Source: the human T2T-CHM13v2.0 reference genome, Homo sapiens
Assembly (NCBI RefSeq): GCF_009914755.1
Contig: NC_060935.1
Length of the DNA stretch: 64,000 bases
Strand: one strand, 5' to 3'
The position numbers and the translations under genes are program-made. Positions 30,981 to 47,405 of the stretch are shown one piece after another. The notes under the pieces are model-generated. The model did no database searches. It was given only the letters and a program-made list of their open reading frames with translations, and was not told where the DNA came from. Within the stretch, counting starts at the first letter, position 1, and each line of letters starts with the position of its first letter.

Positions 30981-31882
30981 TCTTCATAGGTGGGAAGATG
31001 GATAAAGACATATTTCTGATGATATTGTTTTAACAGCTTGATCCAGCCATGCCTGAAGCCTGACCCAGATTTTTTTAGTTATAGGAGCCAACACGTTATT
31101 CTTTTTGCTCAAACCAGTGTTCGCTGAGTTTCGGGCACTGGCCAGTGGAGCTCAGCACAGCAGTGGAATCCTCTCCCTTGGTAACTCCTTCCCTTCTTCT
31201 ACTGGCATGTGCAGCACTAATGATAGTACTAACTAGACACAGATCCCCAACGGGCACATAGTGGAGGCTAGACATACAGTTAGGGAGGAGTAACTCAAGA
31301 ATGGCAAATTTGGATCCTCCAAACAGAGCAGCTTGCCTCAACATACACCCCAGCTCACGGGTCTCATTTGATGCAGAGAGCAGGCTAAACCAAATGGATT
31401 TTGCCAGCTAAGCACTGCCACAGCCATCAGCACTGTTTGAGATGGGCCCCCAAATGCCAATCTGCTTCCTGGCACAGGAACCCTGAAGGGCAATCTCTCT
31501 GCCAGCCTTTGCCCTCTGCAGCTGGGTGAAGCTCACCTAAGACTACCCTACATCTCTATACACCCCCAGAGGGCAAGGCACACATGGGAAATCAATGACT
31601 CACCTACACAATTGCTGGGAAAGCTCACATCAGCTACCAATGGTGATTAGGCGAGTCCTTTGTTTAAAAATGGGAAGAGACAGTGAAAATTTTCTGGACA
31701 TGCAAGGAGAGTGAGTCAGTGGCCTGAACTGAATACTCGGACCAAATAGCTCATGCTGAAATAGGGTTAATGCAGGAGATATAGAAGAAAACTTTAGTCT
31801 TACGATCATGTTCCTTGAGACTCATAAGCGTACTCCCCGACAAAATAATCTCAGGCAGTTACAAAAAAAGTTATAGAGACTA

Positions 31883-33730
<1,848 letters not shown>

Positions 33731-34381
33731 AGTTCCATTGGATTTTGAAGGGGAAGAAGAGAAAATGTTTCCATTTTTATTTTAAATGTTACCTGAAATG
33801 ATAACAGAGTGATAACAGGACAGAATTCCTATTTTAAAATTAATGTGTGCCTAGTAAGCCAAGGTGAAGTGAAAAGGTGTCCATCTCCTTCTCCTCTTGA
33901 AAAACCATCCTGGAACAAGCAGAACAAAAAACACAACACAAAATCCACCTTGGATAAAACAAGGAGGCATCTAAAGTATTACCAGATTGCAACATAGGCA
34001 GGTGGAAGACAGCTGGAGGAAGGGCTGCCTTAGTAGAGAAGATGGAATCAAATCTGAGTACCCAATGCGGGGCACTGGAACACAGAAAGCCAATTTGCCC
34101 ACAAGGAATCACAGGAAAGGCTTAGAAATGGCAAGAACCAGGTCCCTTAGAAGGCCGAGGTGAGGGCTGCGGCTGAAAATAGAAGGATCATTTTCCAAAC
34201 CTTATTAAAGAAGCACTGAGACCCCCAGATTGCCCATCCCAACCCCACCCAAGGCAGTTCCCTTGCTGTCCCTGTGGACCACCATAGTCCTTTCCTAGAG
34301 CGATGGTCATAGACAGACTTCTAAGTTGTTTTCACCAGGCACTGAGGAGGGTGGGAAACTGCTGAATCAAAAACAGATGGG

Positions 34382-35388
<1,007 letters not shown>

Positions 35389-35439
35389 TCAGAGCAGGAC
35401 TAGACTTATGACTCTCAACCCTTGTGTCCTCTCTCTGCG

Positions 35440-35482
35440 TGCACACATACACACACGCACACATACACACACATACACACAC
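35440..35482. repeat. (CA)n microsatellite
   Basis: Imperfect CA run. Confidence 0.9.
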
Positions 35483-35805
35483 GTACGTGAGAAAGTGGAG
35501 GGTCATTCTTTGTTAAAGAAAGGAAGACCTACACCACACGGGGAAAACACAGCTTCACCCTCCAGTAAAGCATTCAGGCTGTGAATCCCAACCACCTGGG
35601 TGTACCAAGCTTGTTGAGTAACTTGCTCTCAAAAATGAAAACGCAGCCAAGGATCACCAGATATTTGAAGAAAGCCACTGCCTGAAAGGGAGCCCAATGA
35701 ACAGGGGGGAAAAACTTGAAGAAGCAGGTAATACAGAGAACAGAAGGAAAAAAAGATATTCTTAGAGAAGAGAAAACATTGCAGTCATTCAAAATAATGG
35801 AAGGA

Positions 35806-36124
<319 letters not shown>

Positions 36125-36816
36125 CTACAAAATAATGAGGAATAGATGGATTATTCTATAATTGGTGTTGGGGCAACTCTCCACTAAGGAAAACATAAAG
36201 TCACATCCCTATGCTATACTCTACACCAAAGTAAATTCCAGCTGTGTCAGATATTTAAACAAACAAACAAAAAGAGCAATCAGAAGAAAATCTAAGATTT
36301 TTTTTTTACAATATACTGAAGAAGGCCTTTCTAACTATGTTCACAAAACTATAAAGGAAAAACAGAAAACATCTAAATTTCCATACAGCAAAAGACATCA
36401 CAAATAAAGTTACAAAAATTGTTTGCATTGAGAAAACTGCATTACATATTTCAAACAAAGCATTCTGCTATCCTTAATATGTAAACTACATTTCTAAATC
36501 AATAAGAAAAATAAGGGCCCCAATTTTAAATGGACAAAGGACATAATCAAGCAATTTGCAAAAGAGGCATGAAAGATGAGTAAACATATTAAAATAAGCT
36601 CATCTTGCTAGTGGTGTCATATAATTTAAAACAACAATGAGATACATCAGTTGCAGAGCAAACCACTGAAGATTAAGCAGATTGATGGTGTTCAGCATAA
36701 GGGTGTCGGGGAAACAAGCAGGCTCATACAAAATCAATGAGAACTGACACAGGCATGAACACTTTGCAGGACAACTGGGCAAAATGTTTTAGGACAACTG
36801 GGCAAAATGTTTTAGG

Positions 36817-37171
<355 letters not shown>

Positions 37172-38719
37172 TCATCTTAAGGGAATAACCAGAGAAGCAA
37201 ACAAAAGATACAACTAAGGATGTGTACTGTCGTATTTTTATGATAAAAAATGTGATCTAACCTAAATATCCATTCGTTTATGTGCCTATGTGTTGGTCTT
37301 CCTTGGGATACTCTGAGCTTCACATAGGAAGGGACTGTAGGTGTCTCACTCATCTTAGTGGCTCTCGTGTCTGACGTGTCAATCAGTGTTTTAGAAATGG
37401 AGGGATGAGTTCAGGGAAAGAGAGAGAAACAATGTTGAAGGTTATTTGGAATCATTAAGCCCAGTGATTCCTATATTTCTTACTTTCATAACTGGAGGGA
37501 ACTACTGTAGGTTTGTCAACCTTTTATTTTGCCAAGTAGGGTCCCTCAGAAAAACAATAACACCATTTTCATCTTCTACACATGCTATTATTACCCTTGC
37601 ATAAAAGAAAAAGGACATTTGAACACCAAAAATAGTAGGAAATATATTATCTCAAAATGAAGATCATCCTTTAAATTGAATAGCTTTAGCTTTATGAAAA
37701 CAATGCTACATTGCTTTATGGTTTTCATCTTCTCAAGGACAAGGGAAATGTTCTCTGACAAGGGTGGCTGTATGGATTGACATGTGGAAACTGGTCCCTC
37801 ACTTTACAAATTGAGAGAAAACCAGTGAGGCTCTGAGCAGATACAGGATCTGACTGTAGTCCCCCAGGAGTCAAATAACAGGGGTGGGACTAGAACCCAC
37901 ATCTCTTGGCTCCTGGCCCAGATCTCTATTCTTTCACGACAGTGCTCTCCACCAGCAATGTGGCTGCACCATTTCTGGAATCAAGAATATTCCCCTATGG
38001 TGGGACTTTGGAGATCATTAAACATAACATCTACCTGGGCATAAATTATCTTCAGAAGAGCCCCCAACCTTGGCTTACACACCTCCAGTAACAGGAAGCT
38101 CACCACTTGCAGTGGCAGCCCTTTTTGTTGGGTGGCTCCATTGTTTCGGCACTTCTTATTTTCCTGGAGCTTATCTGTCTCATTGTGGCTCCACCCAGCA
38201 GTCCTAAAGCTGCTCCCCAATCTGCATGAAGGTCTCTCAGGTTTAGGAGTGTGTGGCATTCAGGAGTCTTCCTGGAGTCTCCTGGGACAAAAAAAAAAAC
38301 AACCTCTCTAATGCCCCAGTCCCCATCCCTTTCTCTAGCAACCCTCTACAAGACTGAGAACATACTTCATCTCTTGAATGATGATTGAATCCAACATTCC
38401 CAGCCCTATTTACAGAGAAGGAGACTGAACAAGTGCTGGAGAAACCATCAATTCCAATACTCAACACCATTGAGGACTTCCAAAATGGAGAGAGTTGCCC
38501 AGAGTCCCAAGTTTGGAAAGAGTACTCCACAACTTGTACTCCAATCAGTGATTTCAACCTCTTTGATTTTACCAGTCTGCCAAGGTCCTGTCTAACAAGG
38601 CAAGCTCTACCGCTGGCTCTCAGCTGATATCTGGGGGTTTCCTTTGCCTATTCTCCTGGCTAGACACACTGTTAAGAAATTTTGGTGAATAACTGCATGA
38701 TCATCTACAAGCTCCATAA

Positions 38720-39570
38720 AGTCTTGGTTTTAATGTTGCAAGCAACAGAAATTGCTCTGGCTGATTTTGGTCACCAGCCTCCAAGGTGACCACCAAGGAT
38801 CCCTCCTCCTGGTGGCTGCACCCTCGTGTAGTCCTCTCCCACACTGTACCAGGGTTGGTCTGTGTGACCACAGAATATGGCAGCAGTGATGTCATGTCAC
38901 TTCTGAAATTAGTTTATAAAGGGCTGTGGCTTTCCTGGCCTGTCAGAAACTGTGTGATAATAAATGTTTACTGTCTTCAGCTGCTAAGTTTCAGGCAATT
39001 GGTTATGCAGCAATAGACAACTTGTAAATTGAAAAGGAACACAGTGAAAGGATTTCAGGTAGCTCATGATCCTCTGGAAGGCTGGAGAAACAGGTGTGGG
39101 GTGCACACAGCCAGAGCCACAGCCAAGATCATGCTAGAGACCTGATGTGGTAAAGACATTGCTCCCCAACCTGACCAACAGATGCCAAAGCCTGCACCAC
39201 CAGCCCTAGGCCAAAGCTCTGTTGGATCCAGCCACTGACATTACTGCTCCTGAGAACGGACTGCACTGCACCCCACCCATGCCTGAAAGGACTGTCCATG
39301 ATCCATGCTTCTATTATCTCTAGCTCCCAATTCAAAGTCAGGAAGATGCATCTGATTGACAGCCTGGGTCATGGACCAGTGCCTTACCTGCAGGGAGGCC
39401 AGGGAAGGGAGTTTTTGTTGTTTCAGCTTCTCCAGTGGGCAGGGAAAGGGCACACTCTGCTTCTCCCCAAGGCTCAGAAGGTGGGATGTTCTCCAGCCAC
39501 TGGAAGGGGAATCAGATGCTGGGAAGCCAGAAAAAAAGACACACGTTTGCTTCAATCTCATCTAGAATTC
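38720..39570. mobile_element. Nested MLT1 LTR fragments
   Basis: TGTTGCAAGCAACAGAAA; inner + strand LTR end AATTGGTTATGCAGCAATAGACAAC. Confidence 0.65.
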
Positions 39571-39639
39571 AGGGATAATTCAATGAGATGGTTTATGAGC
39601 ATGCCTACAAACTCACTGGGACTCAGTAAATGTTTATCA

Positions 39640-40050
39640 TCCAGATGGCAACCAAGGTGATCTCATGAAAACAAATCAAGTTCCGGGTCTCCCCAGCTTA
39701 AAATTACCAGTGGCTTCCACTGCACTTCAAAGAAAGCCAAACTGGAAAACCCTGGCAGAGATCCCACCCACTTCTCCCCACATCTGCTTCTTGTCCTTCT
39801 TGCCACACTGCACCCTGGGCACACTAGCCTTCTGCCACTTCATAGAACAAGCCAATTCCATCCTGCTCAGGGCCTTTGCACTGGCTGTGTCCCCTTCCCA
39901 GGAATTCTGCTACTCAACTCTTGGTGGAGCTGGCTCCTTTGTATCTAGCAAGACCCCCACTGAAATGCCACCTCCTCAGAGATGCCTTCCCTGTCCTCAT
40001 GATCTAGGGATGCCCCTCACTCCCACGCCACTATTCCCATACCTCTCCAC
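39640..40050 (+). mobile_element. L2 fragment
   Basis: CTCAGGGCCTTTGCACTGGCTGT..CACCTCCTCAGAGATGCCTTCCCTG. Confidence 0.7.
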
Positions 40051-41149
40051 CTTTCCATGCCTCAACAGGAGGGACTAATGGGGGAGATTTTCTGGAGCAC
40101 AGGTAGGGGATAGTGGTTTGGGCCTCCCAGGGAGCTGGTAGGAGCAAGGCAAGCTGCTTGTCAGTAGAGCAAAAAATGGCGATGATGATCTGACCCAAGG
40201 CATTTTGATCTTAGCCACTGTCAGCAGCTGGATGAGCAATTCCTTGGGCTTAAGCCAGTCCCTCCTTCCTTCCAAGAGACGGATCCCTCAGCTGTTGGGT
40301 GAATGGACAAGATCAGAACAGAACTGTGCCTGGCTTAACATGAGGCCTGTGGAATCCAGGTCCCTTCAGCAGCTCTTCCAAATGTGGATTTATTTAAAGC
40401 ATTTATCTCTTACCATTAAAAAGGGGAACATCTTTAATAAAAGGCAGAGAAAGCAAGGCTGAGCCAGTAGGATTAGAAGCAGTAAAGCAGTAATAAGGAT
40501 GCAACTGCCAAAGCTGTTAGAAGTGAAGGTGGAATTTGGCTCTGAGCTTCCTGGCAACCCGTGCAAGAAGGGAAGGCTGATCAGTTACGGAGCTCTTCTT
40601 ATTAGCAAGGAAGATGCTTGCCAGTTCCTTGGGGAAGATGCAGTGTGTTTCAGTCTTAGTTTTTTCCAGGTACTAAATCCTTATTGAAATTTTGCCCTTG
40701 TGCTTTCAGGAAAGGTCATATGTGCAATAAACAATGTCCTTGTTTTACAACAAATGTGGAAGTGAATCCCCAGTGACTCTTCCTTCTAGGATCCAGGGGG
40801 CATTTACCTTGGAGCTAACAGGAAGTATTTTGCTTGGTGTCATTATTACTAGTAGGGGGTGGAGGGAAGGCCTCAGATGGACTTTTCCTTCTAAAGAGGT
40901 GAACTCTATTCATTTAGAGTATCTCAGTAGCCTTCACAGGGACCTGGAGGTGACTGGGATTGTTAGTACATTTTTTGCAAGAAGAGGTCATAATGTACCT
41001 GGCCTTGAATCACAAAGTTCTGGTCAGCTCCTTTTTGTGAGATACGCTCAAGGGAGAAATTAAGGAAATATTTCACCACCCATTAGGCTGAAAAGCTGCA
41101 TTATGGAAAAGGACAATGAACCAGAAATGACTAACAGCAGATGACACTG

Positions 41150-41340
41150 AGCAATGGAGTCAGGCAGACCTATGTTTGAATCTCACCCTGCCTCAAACTA
41201 GCTGTGTGACCTTGGGCAAGTCTCTTAACCTCTCTGAACATGGTTTCTCTGCCTGCAAAAAATAGTGATGATGATATCCTTCTTGGATTATTGAGATTAT
41301 TGAGTATAGATGGTAATAACCCAGAAGGTGTGTACCATAT
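41150..41340 (+). mobile_element. MIR
   Basis: CTAGCTGTGTGACCTTGGGCAAGTCTCTTAACCTCTCTGA. Confidence 0.8.
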
Positions 41341-42599
41341 GCCCTATTCGCTTCAATCCTGTTCTCCTTCCCCTTCCCTTAAGTTCTCAGGAAATGCCAG
41401 TGGAGCTCTTATCTCATCCCTACTTCTGACTTTCAGGCCCAACTCAGCCCACAGAGGGAAACTGAGGCACTGCCTCACAAGACGTGCTTTGTCTAGACTG
41501 CTTGTCCGTGGTGATCACACTCAGGGTCTGGGACCACTTTCTGCCCACTTTCTGCCCACATTGACCCAGAGCACATGTGTCAACCCTCCAACTGCCTAGG
41601 GCTTCCCTTCTGAGATGTTTCCAACAATTCCCCCAGCCTTGTTTCAGATTCCTTCCTGTGCCTTGGCCTTGACTATGTAACTACAGGGGCAGTTTCTTGA
41701 GGGCAAAATATAGAACCCCTGGTCCCAACTCTTCATGCCATGCAGGAAAACACTGGCCCCCAAAGAGGACAAGTCAAATGCCTCAGGCGACAGGTTGGGA
41801 CTCAGACCTGGGTCTCTGGATCACACCGCATCTCTTTGCTCCCCACAGCCCCTGGACAAGTCCCAGTGTGACGCCTGAAGCGCTGACTCCCCAGCCTGCA
41901 ATGCCTGAGGACCCAGTCTCACCCTACAGATGCAGCTGAGGACCTACGGCTTCCTGGCAAAGGAAGCCAGGATAGAAATGGATGGGGAGATTTAAATAGA
42001 AAACCAATGCCACAAGAAATTCCCTCCTTACCTCACTTCCAACTTGCCAGCTCATTCTCTTAAAGATCTTTTTGCTCTCTGGAGGATGGGACCACTCCCC
42101 TCCTTTATCTACTTCTCTTTTTGCCCTCATCTCCGATATCTCTGCCTCACCCTCTACCCCAGTCACTGCAGGACACATGTCCAACACCCTGGGTACGTTG
42201 ACGCCTCGAGGTCTTTGCTTCTGCTCTTTGCCTTCCTGGCAATGCCATCCTACCATTGGTGGAAATTCCAGGCCTACCTCTGACATTACTTCCTTGGTGA
42301 ATCTTTCTCCTCAAAAGGAACAACAAATGGCTCCTTCCTCAGTGCTCTTTTCTCGGCCGGGCACTTGGCATCCAAAACCATGCTCAGTGCAACTGGAGGT
42401 GCATTCAGTTCTGAATTAATTGAAGTTATCTGCGAGTGCCTTCATCTCTTGGGCAGACCAAGACCTGCCTGAAGGATCTTGTCATTCTAATCGTGGAACC
42501 CCTCCCCCAACCCCCGTCCCCCAGTACCCGACACTCTGCCTGGCACCAAGCAGAGAAATACTCAGGAAACTTACAGTTGCATTGAACCTCATATAACGA

Positions 42600-42830
42600 T
42601 AGGGTTGTTACTGTCTCTTGAGCATCTACTGAGAGCAGCTGGGTGCTGGGCCCTTTAAATACACTCTCATGGCTCCTTACACAGAGCCAGGAACGTGGGT
42701 ATTACTGTGCACCACTTTGCAGATGTGGGAAATAAAGGCTCAGAGAGGTGAAGCCAGTTGCTCCAGATCACACAGCCAGTAACAGGCATGAGATTCCAAG
42801 AAGCTGTGTTTGTGACGCCAGAGTCAAGGG
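42600..42830 (-). mobile_element. MIR
   Basis: GGCTCAGAGAGGTGAAGCCAGTTGCTCCAGATCACACAGC. Confidence 0.7.
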
Positions 42831-42920
42831 AAACAAATGATGTGGTACCCACAGTGCTCCCTCCCTCATCACCCCCACCGCCTCCAGCTCCACATCCAGA
42901 TTCCAAAAGCCATGAGCACC

Positions 42921-42964
42921 CCCATCTGACCATGAACGCCCATCTGACCATGAACGCCCATCTG
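42921..42964. repeat. 18-bp tandem repeat (2.4 copies)
   Basis: CCCATCTGACCATGAACG x2 plus CCCATCTG. Confidence 0.95.
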
Positions 42965-44002
42965 CGGATCGCCAGCAGCAAGGTTGACACGGAACTCCTT
43001 CCGCCTTGGGAGGAGGCTTCCCTGGGGTAGTACCCTCTGGGGGCCGTCTGGGCAACTCTTGCAGGGCTTCGTGGATGTTTGGGGAAAGCACTGGACAGCG
43101 CCTCGCCCAGGTGCCTTCCTGGGAATCACCAACTGGGGTTTACTGCCCCAATTTTGGAGCTTGCACAGAGCATCCTCCCTTGGTAGGAGAGACGTCGCCA
43201 TTGGGCCACAGGACTTGTAGAGGACGCCACGAGAAAGGGGTTGATTGGGGAATGGTTGTCCTGGTTACGCCACCCTGCAGTGTCCCTTGCCCTCCTCCAA
43301 GGCTTCCAGCCCCATCGCAACCTGTCAGTTTTCCAGGCGCTCAGGAAAGCATGTCAAGCACTCAAGCACTCTGTGACAATTCCACCCCCGGCCCAGTCTT
43401 TCCCTCTTCACCCCCTCTCTGTGATGTCGAATCCCATTTCACAGATGGAGAAACTGAGGAATCGAGCAAGTGAATGCCGCTTAAACATCTTTTCCAAGCC
43501 AGCCAGGGACCAGCCCCTCCAGTTCTCAGAATCTCTCTCCCTCTGTAACATATTTTGACTTGAAGAACATGTGCGATTCGTGACTACAAAACCGCAACCC
43601 CACATAAAGAGTTAATATTTTTAACGAACCCCAAGCCCCTCACCCTCAGCCTTCGCGGGACGCCTGCGTCTCGCAACTTCAGTTTGTATCTCCAAACTGC
43701 TGAGCATTCAAAGGGTTAAATGGGACCGGGAGGGGGCCAGCCGCGGAGCCCTGAAAGGGTTAAAAATCCAAACGCGTCGACTCCCCCCGACTATTTGGTT
43801 CCAAATGGACAGCCACGCGACCGGGAGAGCCAGGGAGCCCCCCTCACAATGACTTTATTAAAATTTGAGAACTTTTACTTCTGACCCCAAAAAAGTATCC
43901 CAGTTCGAAAGTTCTCTCTTAACCTTTTCTTTTTTTCATCTATTTTTTTCTCGATTTCTCCACGGGCTGGATTATAAAACGCTCCCTCTCCCTTTGGGTT
44001 TG

Positions 44003-44086
44003 GAGAGCCGGGTTCCCCCCTCCGGGCAGGGCGCGGGCCTAAGGGGCCCCGGGAGTTTTCTCCGGGGCCGGGTCGGGACGCGGCTG
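44003..44086 (+). other. Candidate alternative TATA-driven first exon (start inferred)
   Basis: TATAAAA ~30 bp upstream of the inferred start; donor CTG|GTGAGT at 44086/44087. Confidence 0.4.
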
Positions 44087-44189
44087 GTGAGTCCCGGCTC
44101 CGGCCCCTGAATTGGGGGGTCCGCGTCTGCCCCAAACGCCGCTTTCTTCCGTTTTCCATGTCATTTCCTGTACTAATAAGATGGTGGTC

Positions 44190-44398
44190 AAAGCAGGGGA
44201 GGAGAGCAGCAGCGAGTCGCCGCCGCCGCCGCGCCGAGGCTGGCGCTGAAACTTTGCCTCGCCGGGGACCAGCGCGCCCGCAGCGCGGCCGCTCCCTCCG
44301 CGGGGGCCGCCAGCCGAGGCCGCGCCGCCTCCGCCGAGCCGCCCGCCGGGCCGCTCTCGCCGCCCGGGCCCCGCGGCTGCCGCAGCATTCCCGGGAAG
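44190..44398 (+). other. Probable non-coding first exon (start approximate)
   Basis: ATG-free, GCC-rich segment ending at consensus donor AAG|GTGAGT (44398/44399). Confidence 0.7.
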
Positions 44399-46339
44399 GT
44401 GAGTCAGCCCCGGTAGCCAATGTGGCCATTGAAAATGGCTTCGGAGAGCGCTCGGCAGTTTGCCAGCGAGCGCGGGGGCCGCCGGTGCGGGGGCCGGGAG
44501 CGGCGGCTGGGGGCGGGGGCGGCCGGGGGTCTCGGCGCGGGCGCGGGGCGGGGGTCCGGACGGCGCCGGCGCGGGGTGGGGGGCGGCCCGCCGTGGCCGC
44601 GAGGTGGGTGAACCCTCGGCAGGTAGCTGCCGCCGCCGCGGGAGCCGGGGGCCGCCCTCCGCCTCCTTCCTCCCAGCTCGCTCGCTCCTCGCCTTGTTAC
44701 AATGTAGCCTTTTCTCTCCGCAAGCGGCGCGCCCGCTGACGGACGTGGCCGCCGACCAATGGGAGTGGCGGCCCGGGCCGAGCGCTCGGAATGAGAACGC
44801 GGTGACACGGACGGGGCGGGGCGCGGACGCCGACGCCAGAGGGCTCGCCGCGGCCGCCGGCCTAGTTCTCGCGGACGCCCTCGGCCCCGCGCCGGGGGCT
44901 GCTGCGGGGTGCTCGGGGATGAAGGTGGGAGGCGTCCTTTGGGATGCGACGAAGCCTTCTCCATCGCGGTTCGCGATTGCCCGCGAAGCGTGGCCGAGCC
45001 GGAGGGCATTTCTGGAATGCGTTTTAAGTGTCAGTTGCGGTGTAGACTCTTCGGGAAACCTCTCCGGAGCGTAGCCTCCACCCCCCACTCGCAGTCCCCA
45101 AGGTACTCTCCTATGCAGAAACTGCAGAAACTTAGCGGCCAATGACCTCTCTCCGGTCAAGGCCAGCGTGCTCTAGGCGAGTCGCTGCAAAGAGAATACC
45201 AATGTCTTGGGCGATGCTGGTGAAAAATTGCTGGTGTGTGTCTAGAGCCCAGTTGGGAGATGGGGGCTTAGAACCCCCCAGGCTGGGCTGGGATTTAGGG
45301 GAGAAAAATGTGAAACGTCTCCTCTTTCCTAGACGTTTGCTTCGTGTGGAGAAAGGCTGTGCTGTATAATTTAGAGTGGCTGTAAGGAAACACACCCAGC
45401 CCTTTGTGCGTGGGGCCAGGAGGCAATGATGAGAGATTGCTCTTGGTACCTGGAAACCCTATAAACTTTGGGGGTTTGGGGACAGAAGAATTTTCTGTGG
45501 AGCATGATGCCTGTAGCAACCAAGCTGGTCCTTGCCCACATTTCCTCTTGGGAGGGAGGAAGGTTCGGGCTTTCCTAGGGTCATTGTTGGAGGTGTAGGG
45601 TCGTAGTTGGGGAGCAGGGCACAGTCTTTGCCCGCCGACTCTCTGAAAGGTGGACAAGCAGAGTTCTATAGGGCACGTGTAGAAACCTTCCCTTCTGGGA
45701 ATAGAGCCCAGACCTCTTGCTGTATTCAGTTTAATGGAAAGGCTTTCTCTCTTTGAATTCTACCTCCTCCTCATAGTCACTGTCTGACTTTGGACTTCAC
45801 ATCGTTGTCTTTGGCCTCTCTGAGCCTTGTGTCTCCATCCCTGAGTCCAACAAAACCTGCCCGGCAAGGAAGTTGTGAAATTAAATGAGATAGCAAAGAT
45901 GAAATGCCTGTTCCAGGGCCTGGCATACTGTTTAAGAAGTGTTCTCCCCCAGAATCACGGCAGAAGGTACTGACCTGGGAATATCAGAATTGCCCCCACA
46001 GACCCCACCGTGGTCCATCCAGTCTCAAACTGACAGGGCCCCAAGGAACAGCTGGTGGCAGGGTCTCGTTTCCTTCCCTGGTGACGTTCACAAAGATGAG
46101 GGACTCCCCTCAGTTGTCCTAGGAGTCCTAGATTGGTCATGATAGCCATCACCTCTGCACTTATGGACTCATTTGACCTGAGTTACAGTTCTGTCGTCTA
46201 GACTTCTTGGGTTGATGTGTTCCATCAATTTCTTCTCCTTGGTGTCAAGTAGGATTTCTCCTATTTGGATCTGCCCTCTCCTGGACTTACAGGGAGTTTC
46301 CCTGGTTCCAGGTTGTTGGCAAGTATAAAGTAAAGAACA

Positions 46340-46960
46340 CTGGGGTAGGAGTCGGGAGTCCTGCCTGTGGATTCAGCTGCCTTCTTGGCCTGCTCTCTTG
46401 GCTGTCTCATAGGCATGACAAACCCACAGTGGCCAAAGGTGTCCATAATCTTCCTCTCTAAACCTCTTCTAGGGCTCTGATCTTGGCCAAGAGCACACTG
46501 TCCCACTACTCTTTAAGGCAGAAGCCTTGGTGTCTCTGTCTCTGTCACCCCAATCTACTCCATCTCCAGACCCAGATAACTTTATCCTCTCAAATGAACC
46601 CATCCACTTCTCTCCATCCCCTCTTCCCCAGTGTTGTAGTCAAGCCATCGCTGTCTCTCCCCAGGACAACAGCAAGAGCCTCCTAATGTCTACCTGCAGT
46701 CACCCCCTCATGGCAGTCAGAGTGATCCATTCCAAATAGGATCATATCAGGCATCCCATTTCCTGCTTTAAACACCTAGAAGTCTTTCCAGTGTGTTGGG
46801 GATAAAGAACCAAATTGGTGTAGTGACCTAAAAGCTACCGAATGATCTGGCCCCTGCCCTTGACCTCATCTTCTATCCTCTCCTAGATCTCTCTGAACTC
46901 CATACCCCGATCTCTCCTACATAGGCTGGCCTTTCCTCCTCAAATCCTTGAGCTGTTGTC
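46340..46960 (+). mobile_element. L2 fragment
   Basis: GGCAGTCAGAGTGATCC..TCCTGCTTAAAACA..ATGATCTGGCCCCTGCC. Confidence 0.65.
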
Positions 46961-47039
46961 ATCTAATGAATAAATTAAGGTTAGCAAAGGGCACAGTGGG
47001 ATGGGAGTGTCTGGTGGTCCTTAGTGCTTTCCTCTTACT

Positions 47040-47405
47040 ATTTCCGGTTCTTCCATTTCCACAGTAGGTTGACTGGAGCTCTACCTGCGCTTGGGTGGGG
47101 GCCCCATGACTGGCTGGTGAATTATAAATGACAGTGATTCACGTCACTTCTGGGCCACAGCATTTAATTGCTGGTGTGAGACCCTCCACAGTGCACTTTC
47201 CCTGTGGCATGGCAACTGGTAGTAAGGCGGGATGGTGGTGGCTGCTGCCAGCCTGAGTCCCTGTGTCACTCCGTGCGTGAAGCCCTTGGTGACCCATGAT
47301 GGACATGCAACATGAGTGAAAACTAAACCTTTGCTGTTTTAAACTGCTGAGCTGTTGGGGCTGTTTGTTACTGCAGCATAACTTAGCCTGTGCTGACCGA
47401 TGCAG
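47040..47405 (+). mobile_element. MLT1H/I-type LTR
   Basis: GTCACTTCTGGGCCACAGCATTTAATTGC..GTTTGTTACTGCAGCATAACTTAGCC. Confidence 0.75.

Larger units (their letters stand above)
43600..45200 (+). promoter_or_regulatory. CpG-island promoter of an unidentified + strand gene
   Basis: Very high GC and CpG density; TATAAAA 43973-43979; ETS-like ATTTCCTGT 44163-44171; GGGGCGGGG boxes; CCAAT at 44417 and 44756; YY1-like AAAATGGCT 44432-44440. Confidence 0.9.

Noticed and set aside
43875-45160. Long overlapping ORFs (373, 204, 201, 193, 184 aa) on both strands
   Set aside because: Stop-poor CpG-island artefacts; Arg/Ala/Pro/Gly-rich with no domain; the + strand ORF from 44158 reads through a consensus splice donor.
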